NCBI GenBank assembly: GCA_000320545.1
Contig: ADNK01001382.1
Location: 18,706-82,705 of the forward strand
Origin: Bigelowiella natans CCMP2755
Lineage: Eukaryota; Protista; Cercozoa
DNA length: 64,000 nt
Direction of reading: 5' to 3'
In this document: positions 13,782 through 24,668 of the stretch, piece by piece
Position numbering within the stretch: position 1 is the first letter of the stretch
Layout of the letters: each line of letters opens with the position of its first letter
Notes under the pieces: generated by a model
Database searches by the model: none
What the model was told of the DNA's origin: nothing
Seen by the model: only the letters and a program-made list of their open reading frames with translations
Program-made: the position numbers and the translations under genes

Positions 13782-16700
13782 AGGGGTTGTGGTGGTGGTA
13801 GTAGTTATATTGTTCTGCGAGCTGCTTGGGGCGTTCATCATGTGCGTGTCGTGCGCAGTCAATTAGTCACAAGAGGAGCCACGGTGCAATTCAATTGTCC
13901 ATCGGAATATGAGTTCATATCGTAGCGCTCTCTCTCTCTCTCTCTCTCTCTTTCTATGTGTGTGTGTGTGTGTGTGTGTTTGTGTGTGTGGTCAAATGTA
14001 GCGGAGGGTGTCTGAATCATTTCTCTGCTGCTGCTACCATACATTATTAGGTGATGATGGACAATCTGGCCCTTCTCACTTCTGAGTTTCAGCAAAAGCT
14101 CAGCCATCACGATAGTAGCAATGATGTGGATCAGAAGACAGGGGAGGAGCAAGGAGAAGAAGAAGAAGAATATAGTCATCGAGGAACGCTTGCGGCAACA
14201 GCGACAGATTTAGACACCGTTGTGACAACACGCAGGAGCCTCCTCCTTTCACACACTTCCAGCTCATTCGACACAACAACAAGGACTACAGGGTCCAACT
14301 CCTCCTCCCCATCCTCCTCCTCCTCCTCCTCGAGTAACAGCAGCAGCAGGAGGAGGAGGAGGAGCGACAGCAAGAAGCACTACCTCGACCTCCAATCGTG
14401 GCTGCGGCAGCTGCGGCTGATCAACACGATCGCGCACTGCCAGCTGAAACAGGGGAGCTACGACCGGTGCATCGTCACGCTGGAGAAAGCTGTGGAAACC
14501 GCGCCTCTAGCCTACCACCTCGAGGTGTGCCGTTCCTGCGTCATCCTCACCCAGGCCTATTTCCGGCTGGGGTCTGAGAGCTGCGGCACCGCGGAGGAGG
14601 AGAGCAAGGTCATCGGCGTCGGCCACCAGATGTACAGGAAGGCTCTTGAGATCGCGCAGGCGTGTTTCCCCCAGTCGCAGCTCGGCCACCCGTACCTCAT
14701 CGAGTTCTACTCTGTCATGGGGGACGTGTACTCGTACAACGACGACCACTGCCAGGCCAAGGACTGGTTCGGGCAGGCCGCCAACTTCGCCTCGTCAAAC
14801 TGCGGCGAGGATCACCCGGAGACGGCGCGGCAGAAGAAGCTGCTGGCGGAGTCCCTCGGGAAGCAGGCGTTCGAGCTCAACGAGGGGAATGCCTTCGATG
14901 TGGACGACCCCCACGCGCACCAGCGGCTCGTGCGGGTCCACAAGCTGAGGGAGAAGGCGGTCCGGATCTTCGACGCGGTGCTGGAGACCAACAGCCGCAT
15001 CTTCGGGGCGAGCTCCCTCTCCGTGGCCGACGTGCTCTACAGAAAGGCCGAGGTGCTGATCAACATGAACTGGGGCAAGGAGGCGGCGCGGTGTGCGCAC
15101 ATGTGCCTGTCTATCCGGAAGGCGCACGTGGGCGTAAACGCCGGCCATAAGACGGTGCTCGAGAGCCTCGACCAGCTCGCACGGTGCGCAGTGCTAACGG
15201 GTGATTGGAAGTTCGCGGTCAAGTACGAAAGGGAGGCGCTGCGCCTCTACGACACGGCCCGCCCGCAGCTCGACGCCTCGTGGTTTCGAAACGCCTTGGT
15301 GCGAGCGGGGATGTGCTTCCTCGCCACCGTCAGATATCGGAAGGAGCTCGCCCTCCTGGTCCGTAGTTTCCCAATCGACGCCAAGTCGGAGGAGCACGTG
15401 ACGCTGGCAGTGAGGATACTCCTGGAGCAGCGTGGGAGCCCGTCGAAGCTGTTGGAGAAGCTCGTGAGCGACTCTGGCATTCTGGACGACGCCCCTCCTC
15501 CTTCTTCGCCCGGCGGCCCTGCCGTTAGCAGCTTGACGCAGCTGACGGCCGTTCAGAGGAAGGCACGGAAGGAATTGGTTGCGATCTTGAACGTGCTCAA
15601 GTTCCGGGACGCGGATGTCGTCTCCGTGCCGCAGCTTCCCGAGGCAATGTGCAAGAACTCCAGATTTACCATCGTCGAGGCGGCGGGAGGGCGGCCGGCC
15701 CTCGTCTCCTCGTCTCTCTGCGAAGAAGATGATGATGATAAGAGGCCAGAGGAGCAAGAGAAGGTAGGCGAGAACGCTGAGGCAAGCTGCGAGGAGCACC
15801 TTCCAGGGTCTCCTATTGATGAGGAGAAGATGCTGAACAGCCCGGCAAATCCCGTCATCGCTGATCGCAGTAACACCCTCGATAAGGAGGAGAAGGAGGA
15901 GGGGAGAGGAGAAGAAGAAGAAGAAGAAGAAGAAGAAGAAGAAGAAGGAAAGGAGCAGCCAGCTACTCTTGAGAATGCGAGGGAGGCTACTCCTGTCTCT
16001 CCAGTGAAAAATCTCAAATCTGATGAGAAAATCGCCTCATTACAAGCGCGCGACCTTGAATTTACGCCGGACGACGAGGAGCTTTTAAGTCAGGGGGGGG
16101 ACGGAGAGGCAGCGGTAAGTACTGCTGATTCGATAGCGTCTACTACTCCAAAAGGAAGGCTTGAAGAGCAGAGGGAGGAAGTGAAGGAAACACCGTCGTC
16201 ATCTGAAAGAAAGGTAGAGGGCGTTGAAGCTAACGCTCCTTCGGAAGAAGAGAAAGACGACGGAATTGCTGTTCCTGCGAATGAACAGCAGCTAAAAGCT
16301 CCAGGCGATGGCAGCGTATCTCCTCATCTCTTGGATACAACAGCTGCTGCGGACAATGCAGAGAAGCACACGTCTACAGCAGCTATCGATGAAAACAAAG
16401 AGAATGCCACGCCTTCTCCTCCTCCATCTTCGTCCTTCAACGTAGAAGCAGGAGCAGCCGCAAGAGGAGGAGGAGAAGGAGGAGGAGGAGGGCTGCCGAG
16501 CATCTCTCTGAGGCCAAAGGTCGCAGGTAGAAAGAGGAGGAGGGGGAAACCAGCAGCCTTGCTCAAGAAGTTCTCTCCCATCACTACTTGGGAGTCACTG
16601 GCTACAGCAGCGGCAGCAACGGGGTGTTCCTCCTCAAAGGCAGAAGATGAAATCGAAGGAAAAGCGGCCGAGAACTCTTCAGAGAGGAAGGAGCCGAACG

Positions 16701-18361
16701 GGGGCGAGTCCTCTGAGCAGCCTGATAAAAAAACCGACGCCACACTAGCCGCTCTGTCGTCGTCGTCGTCGTCGCTGCCGCCGCCATCGGCTGCTGCGAT
16801 GAAGAAGAACAAGAAAACGAAGCCTCACGCTGCTCAGGCGACCCCAAGAAAGAAGCGGCACACGTTTGCCAGGCCGATGGTAAAGACTAGGGCGAGCCTA
16901 CTGCGAACGCCAACCAAAACTCCAGTCAAGAGGTATAGCGGCGGTGGCAAGAAGAAGCGCGTACACCCCATTATCCCGTCATCCCCGGTGCCGACGAAGA
17001 TTCCTTCAGTCGCGGCAAGGACGGGGGCACCGCCACCAGCAGCGGCAGCGGCGTCGCATCAATCCAGCCGGAAAAATGCTCAGAAATGGGCAAATCCCAG
17101 GGCTACCACCACCACCAGCAGCAGCAGCAGCAGCACTAGAAGAAGCAGCAGCAGCAGCAATAACAGCAAGAGGAAGTCGTCGTCGCTGCTAAGGCACAGA
17201 AAGCAAACTCCAAGGAGGAGCGGTACTGCTGGCGGTGGTTTCACAAGGAGTAGGAAGGCTGTAGTGGCGACTGCTTCCTCCTCCTCGAGGAAGATGAAGA
17301 TGAAGAAGAATAGCGTAGTGGGGAAGGGGGGGGGGGAGGAGGAGAAGAAGAAGAAGAGCATCCTCGTTGGAAGAGGGAGCAACAAGAATAAGAATAGGGT
17401 GCCTGGCAAGAAGAAAAATACGGTAATCAAGCGCAAGTTGACCTTCTCTAAGATAGGAAAGGGCGGTGCTAAGGGGGAGGAAAAGGAGGAGACGGCATTG
17501 GCCAGCACCACCACCACCACCACCACCACCACCGCCACAACCAATGCTGATCTGGATTGGAATACTACGGATGCTGCTGGCACCGCAGCATCAGCCGACA
17601 AAGAGAATAATTCGCAAAAGAGGAGCCCCGTCCCTCGTCCTACCCCTGTCAGTGGGACGGAGAAGCAGAGCTTGGTCCATCGGCTGTTCCGAAGCGTCCT
17701 CAACAGCAGCAGCAATAACAACAACAACAACAACCAAAACAGTGGCAGAAGCAGAAACAGAAGCAAGCGAGGTCTCTTTTCGTCGTCATCAGCAGCGCCA
17801 GCAAAAGGAAAAGGAGGGGCCCTCCCCTCGTGGAGATCCTCTCCCGTCGCGTCCCCCGAGCGTTTCCCCGTCGCGGCCAAGGCGCGCTTCGCCCCGTTGC
17901 AAATAGGGTCGTCCACAGAGAGAATCGTCCAGAAGCCGCGAGCTCTGCAGGTGCGACGGGGCGCGGCGGCGAAAGTGAAGCTGGGTATACTCCCGTCGTC
18001 CAACGGAAAATACAAGGAGAACTTGCTCGGAACGCTCAAGACGCTAATTCCCGGATGGACACCGCCGGGCAGGGTGGTGGAGAACGCAGGAGACGAAAAT
18101 GCGAACGAGGTCGAAGCCCCTCTGGACATCGCCCAGCTCCACAGGCTAGAGGATTGCCTGGTGGTGCACTGGGAGAGGGAGGCCGAGGAGGATGACGCCG
18201 AAGACGATGAGAAGGAATCGTTGAGTAGTTGGGGCGGTGATGACGAGGACGATGATCATGATGATGCCTGGAGAAGACAATCTCGCCAGCTGGGTGTTGA
18301 AGACGACGCATTTTGGGCCAACACGGCGGTCACTATTGATGCTGATGGAAAAGCAACATGA
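8680..18361 (+). CDS. CLU (clustered-mitochondria-like) domain + RhoGAP + TPR protein with long low-complexity C-terminal tail, multi-exon
   Basis: CLU-like motifs VFRLRPELLNQLENPISPDG (~10660) and SMHEAGINLRHLSRVAE...AISEM|IGRSC (~11100-11360). RhoGAP exon 12996-13749. TPR-like helices (LINTIAHCQLKQGSYDRCIVTLEKAVE, GEDHPETA, SVADVLYRKAEVL) in the 4.3-kb last exon 14051-18361. Splice phases around the RhoGAP exon join in frame. The start codon is tentative. Confidence 0.8.
13200..13749 (+). other. RhoGAP domain
   Basis: EEGIFRKSG with the arginine finger, SVHDVAVAVKKKL...ESLLT, IQELPHNN, RMTVKACAIVMWPNLM: all canonical RhoGAP boxes. Confidence 0.9.
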
Positions 18362-18549
18362 TGTTGTTCTGTCGAGTGGCGTCGGCGCTTGCACACGAAT
18401 AGAGAGCTGTACGCGATCTCGCGGAGAGATGGGCATGTCGTAGCTTAACCTAGATTTGTCTCGCTTTGCCACAGGAAGCGATTCATCGCCGTGTTTAGAT
18501 GTTGCAACCACTGCTCTATAAGCAATATGTATACACACACACACACACA

Positions 18550-18595
<46 letters not shown>

Positions 18596-18619
18596 TATAT
18601 ACATCTAGATATCCTTGCA

Positions 18620-19100
18620 TCATGATGCTTGCAGTAGTAGGAATTTTCACACGTACAGTACAGATTGGATTCAATGACTAGTCGCGACCTTCATGCAGAT
18701 CATGTTGCTGTTTGTTGGTGTTAGATGGCGCACGCAAGCTAGCAAGCGTTGTTACGATATCTAGTCAAATTCTAATATGTGAGCTCGCGGCCCTTTCGCT
18801 GGTTCGCTCTCGCTGCTAGTAGCTCGTGCGACAACACCGTGCTAGCTAGCTGGCATGATGAACCTAGCGAACTAGCTAGCCTATCTAGCTATCTAGCTAT
18901 TGTCATTCTTGTCGGCCATCTAGCTATCACTAACTAGATCACGTCGAGACATTCTAGCTAGCTAGCGTTGCAGATCGTATTAGTTATTGCGAAGCAAAAT
19001 GTGTAGTTCGATTCTAGAGTTGCGGATTGCTAGATTGCCGCGCAACAAGCGGCACATTTTCGCGCCGTTCTCCCTTCTCACATACTAACATATTTTCAAG
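18620..19100. other. Convergent intergenic spacer rich in CTAG/GCTAGC/CATG motifs
   Basis: gctagctagc, actagctagcctatctagctatctagctat, tctagctagctagcg between the 3' ends of two convergent genes. Confidence 0.6.
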
Positions 19101-19109
19101 AATGCACAG

Positions 19110-19558
19110 CACTTGAGTCCATGTTTTGTGCAGGCTAAGGTCTTGGATGACGCTTGGGCTGGAGCAAACCCGCTAGATACGATGTAATACGGGAGAATCG
19201 AAAGCCCTTCACGACCTCCTCCGTCACTGCCGCTCCTCCTAAAATCCCACGACGTTCGAGAATCATGACATCCAAACCAGCACGGGCTAGATATGCGGCC
19301 GATACTGTCGATATGTTATTTAGGACACATGTATCTCATGCTCGGAAGGAAGAAGAAGGAAGAGCATTCGAATCTGTCACTACCCATTCCGTTGTGCCCA
19401 CCCCCAACAATTATCACGTCACATTCGTGACGGGTTCGTATTATCGGATGGGAAGAGGTAGCAGCAGCTGCAGCGGCCACGGACGATGAGCGAATGCGGG
19501 CGACGCCATGCCGGAACCCCGGCCGTGCGGCAGCCATCCTGAGGGCAATACTGAGCAT
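19110..19558 (-). pseudogene. 5' fragment of a PYROXD2 / phytoene-dehydrogenase-like FAD oxidoreductase, frameshifted and truncated
   Basis: Transit-peptide-like N-terminus, then DVIIVGGGHNGM|[50 protein letters not shown] with one intron. The expected continuation ([14 protein letters not shown]) needs two +1 frameshifts, there is an in-frame TAG at ~19135, and no further homology before the CTAG-rich spacer. Confidence 0.8.
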
Positions 19559-19767
19559 ACTCGACTCCGCAGTTGGTCATTAATAAATCCATGGAAAATG
19601 CATGTCGCAGCTCCAAAACCTCCAGCATTTGTTCCAAAATGCCCGGATGACGCCCTGACGACGCCCTGGTGATTAAGTTGCGTCAGTTATCGCAATGTTA
19701 CATGTGGTGAGATTTCTCGAGATTTGCATTGGGGTTACATTCCAACTATTCGGCAACTGGAAGAAGA

Positions 19768-22700
19768 ATGGGAGGCGGACTGAGCAAGGAGGTCTGGGAA
19801 GCTGTGGAGAAGAATGACCTAACTGCGCTGAAACTGCTGATCAAGAAAAATGCAGATATCGAACAGAAGGATAGAAAAGGTTAGCTTGGTTGGGAACGGA
19901 GAGAGGCAGGGTTAGCGAGACTCTGGGCGAAGAATATTCGAAGGGTTGATGAGAAAAAAATGAATGGGAAAAGAGCACGGAGCAGTCATGAAACAAGCAA
20001 AGTTCGTGATGGGGGACGACGGAGTTGACATTTTTCATGAAGCACAATGAGCTTGAGTTCGAATGATGATGTCACTTCATGCAGAGGCTAAAGTTTAGTG
20101 GATTTGTAGGAAACAGCAGCAACCTTCATTGATGTTGACCATGAGGATGCAAATAAAACTCATGTTAAGAATAACTGATGTGTACTTAAGTGTGTATTTG
20201 GGCAGTTGTGTAGTGTTTGGTGTTAGCCTCTTTGATGAGGCTGGTAACTTAGCAGATTCTTTTGTTTGTTGTTTGATGTACTGTCATTTCCGAATGATGA
20301 TTTGTTGGGTGCTTTGTTTTGCCAGGTGAAACCCCTCTGTTCTATGCGTCGAGAAAGGGACACGAAAGGATCGTGACGTATCTGGTTGAGTCGAAGGCGA
20401 ACATCGAGGCGAAGGATAATGGCGGTGAGTAAGAACATTCGAGTTAGTGCGGCAGGATTTTTTCATGCACATTGAGGGATAGAATGACACCAATGAAGAG
20501 CATGAATCATCACATTGAATGAGCATGAAGATTCCATCTGAAAATGAAAGTATAAACGATAAATACCAATCTTGATGCCAATCATGAGGATGCCAACACT
20601 GCTCATGTTATGAAGAGCCGATGTGCATTTAACAGTATGCATTTGTGGAGTTATATAGCATTTGGTGTTAGCCTTTTTGATGAGGCTGGTAACTTAGCAG
20701 ATTCTTTTGTTTGTTGTTTGATGTACTGTCATTTCCGAATGATGATTTGTTGGGTGCTTTGTTTTGCCAGGTAGGACCCCTCTGAGTTTTGCGTCGAGAA
20801 AGGGACACGAAAGGATCGTGACGTATCTGGTTGAGTCGAAGGCGAACATCGAGGCGAAGGATAATGACGGTGAGTAAGAACATTCGAGTTAGTGCGGCAG
20901 GATTTTTTCATGCACATTGAGGGATAGAATGACACCAATGAAGAGCATGAATCATCACATTGAATGAGCATGAAGATTCCATCTGAAAATGAGAGTACAA
21001 GTAGTAATAAAGGAAGAAAGAGGAGGAGGAGGAGGAGGAGGAGGAGGAGGAAAATGAAAGCATCAAACTGTCCCATCATCAACAAACGACAAATACCGAT
21101 CTTGATACCAATCATGAGGATGCCAACACTGCTCATGTTATGAAGAGCCGATGTGCATTTAACAGTATGCATTTGTGGAGTTATATAGCATTTGGTGTTA
21201 GCCTTTTTGATGAGGCTGGTAACTTAGCAGATTCTTTTGTTTGTTGTTTGATGTACTGTCATTTCCGAATGATGATTTGTTGGGTGCTTTGTTTTGCCAG
21301 GTAGGACCCCTCTGAGTTTTGCGTCGAGAAAGGGACACGAAAGGATCGTGACGTATCTGGTTGAGTCGAAGGCGAACATCGAGGCGAAGGATAATGACGG
21401 TGAGTAAGAACATTCGAGTTAGTGCGGCAGGATTTTTTCATGCACATTGAGGGATAGAATGACACCAATGAAGAGCATGAATCATCACATTGAATGAGCA
21501 TGAAGATTCCATCTGAAAATGAGAGTACAAGTAGTAATAAAGGAAGAAAGAGGAGGAGGAGGAGGAGGAGGAGGAGGAGGAAAATGAAACCATCAAACTG
21601 TCCCATCATCAACAAACGACAAATACCGATCTTGATACCAATCATGAGGATGCCAACACTGCTCATGTTATGAAGAGCCGATGTGCATTTAACAGTATGC
21701 ATTTGTGGAGTTATATAGCATTTGGTGTTAGCCTTTTTGATGAGGCTGGTAACTTAGCAGATTCTTTTGTTTGTTGTTTGATGTACTGTTATTTCCGAAT
21801 GATGATTTGCTTTTGGTGCTTTGTTTTGCCAGGTTGGACCCCTCTGATCTATGCGTCGGAAGAAGGACACGAAAGGATCGTGACGTATCTGGTTGAGTCG
21901 AAGGCGAACATCGAGGCGAAGGATAAATGGGGTGAGTAATAATATTCGAGTTAGTGCGGCAGGATTCTTTCATGTACATTGAGGGATAGAATGACACCAA
22001 AGAAGAGCAGGAATCATTACACCAAATGAGCATGAAGATGCCATGTGAAAATGAGAGTACTAGTTGTAGCAAAGGAAGAAAGAGGAGAAGGAGGAGGAGG
22101 AAAATGAAACCATCAAACTGTCCCATCATCAACAAACGACAAATACCAATCTTGATACCAATCATGAGGATGCAAGTAATGATGATGTAAAAAACAAGAG
22201 GGATTTGAGAGTGTTAGAGAGAGTGTTTAATTATTTGAGTGCATATGTTTGTATGTTTATATTCGTGTGTGCTTGTATGTGCTTATGGGTGATTGCGGTG
22301 TTTGGTGCTAGTTGTCGAAGAATGTTGGTTAATTAGTTGACCGCTTGTTCGCTCGTTGTTTTTCTGTTTCGTTCGAATTATCATCATTTGCTGCGCGCAC
22401 CTGAATTTGCCAGGTTGGACTGCGTCGGATTTAGCAAATGAGCGTATCGACAGAATCCTTAGGACGGCGAACCAAAACAACAATGTATGATTTAGTACAT
22501 GCCCAATGCGATGTATTTTTGGTACATGCCTAATGCGATTAAATATTCCGTATGTTCAAAACGACAGGGATTGTCTTAAAATTCTCAGATACGAAATACG
22601 AAATATAAACAATGTTTGATGTTTGAATAAGGCGTTTGGCTATCCATTATATCCCGACAACAAGAATTGATTAACTGTTGTCCCTTTTCTCTCGTTTCCT

Positions 22701-23738
22701 ATCCTTTTGTTGCGCCCTCCTACATCATTCGGCTTTTTGTGCGCTCAGGATGCAGACAACTCCCTCTCTGTGGAGGCTATTAGTAGGCTATTTGCTAACA
22801 CGGTACCGTGGCGACGATCTCGCGTGATGATAGTTGGTAAAGAACATACTGGTAAAACGACGTTATACAAGGCTTTGAAGGGCGAAGAGTTTTGCGACGT
22901 CGAATCAACGGTTATGATGTCATAGATACAAAAAATAATCGTTTTTTGAAAAGGAAATATTTATGTATTCATGCAGTTTCCCTTGTACGCTATCATATGC
23001 AGGTGCTGGCAGATGTCACCGTCCATGACGTAACCGTGGAGAAAACAGATGAGGATGTTAAGGGAGACGACAATAGAGAAACTATATTTAAGACTATCGA
23101 ACATGGTAATTACGATATGTTCGTAAAGTTCCATTTATTTTGTAAAGTAGTTGTCCTGTGGATAATTGTCAAAATGTCGTTTGCATAGGAGGTAATCATG
23201 AGAGAGCATTGGGATTGGCCTATTTAAAGAGTCAGAGGCCACAGGAGGAGAAGAATGATACTTCGAAGGTAGATAGATCAAAATATTTCGGAATGAAGTC
23301 GTCAATGTGATTAAGATATACTGCATGCATGCCAATACCATTGTGCGGTGTATGATTTTATCCCAGATTCCTTGCAGATATGACAAAAAAGGGAAGCCTC
23401 CCAGCGATGTGAAGAATGCGAAAACGGATACGGAGACAGCAGCAGCAGTAGTAGCTGTGGAAGGGAAAGAGCATACCAAAGGTTCTTCAACAAAGAAAAG
23501 TATAGTCGATGAAGATGCCACGGAATCAAAGAAACTGCACAAACTAAGTGGAGAAGTCGAGGAGACGCTTCTCAAGGTGCCGAATGAGTCTTGATGAGAA
23601 TGTAGTGAAGTTGCAACTGATTACGTTCATGTTACATCCCAAGCACGATTTGCTGATTATCCTTGAAACACCATTAGGAACTAAAACCCGGGCTTCTACA
23701 GGAATCCCTTAAGAATCCGGAAGCTATCCGGGTATGTG

Positions 23739-23775
<37 letters not shown>

Positions 23776-24355
23776 CTACGAATGTTTTGCGTGATCGCTC
23801 GACCAATTATCTCCTCCTAATGAATGTAGGTGTCGGTCTGGGATTTTGCAGGGCAGGAGGTGTTCTACACATCGCATGTAATGTTTCTGAACCGCAATTG
23901 CCTCTATATGGTGGTGTTTTCCCTTGAGGAGTTCCTTGGGAGAGAGAATGATGCCAAAGGTATCATTTGTTTTAACCTATCTGATCCAAAGGCTACAATA
24001 GCTGGGTGCACCTTTGCATATTTCATGAACTTATACAGATAGATAAAGAGGGAGAAAGAGAGAAAGAGAGAGAAAGAGAGAAAGAGGGAGAAAGAGAGAA
24101 AGAGGGAGAGAGAAAGAGAGAAAGAAGGTACGACAAAAACGTTTTAAGAGATTACATACTGTCTAACGTAAACTAATAGGTAACGAGGCAGCGAAGCAGA
24201 AAGAGAAGGCAGAAGAATACCTGAGATTCTGGCTTCAAAACATTCGCACGTTTGCTCCCGGGGCGCCAATAATACTTGTGGGAACGAAGATCGATAAACT
24301 CGAAGAATATAATGACCCAGAGGTAAGAAATGCTCTCAAACACACATGCTACACA

Positions 24356-24395
<40 letters not shown>

Positions 24396-24602
24396 GTTTT
24401 AAGTATCGTACTCCTATGTATTGTATACACGTGTTAGTAAGTATCGTACAGTTATGTATCGTTGTTAACGTTTGCATACCATCCACTAAAAAGGCGCTCT
24501 TGGAGGTCCTCGACTCAATCGACCAGCAAATCACAGAAATGGCGAGAAAGGTATATTAGTAGGCCACAATGTAATTACATATGACATCTCTCTTACTCTA
24601 AC

Positions 24603-24668
<66 letters not shown>

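Noticed and set aside
15900-18361. Poly-E/S/T/N/K tracts and the 349-aa antisense ORF
   Set aside because: Trinucleotide-slippage low-complexity disordered tail typical of this sequence
20223-22165. Repeated minus-strand ORFs (71-147 aa)
   Set aside because: Antisense to the ankyrin cassettes; repeated only because the DNA is duplicated
20130-22175. Regular repeat with short variable segments, considered as a CRISPR array or DGR
   Set aside because: Units are ~530-bp exon+intron cassettes in a eukaryote. There is no cas or reverse transcriptase gene in the window, and the substitutions are not adenine-specific.
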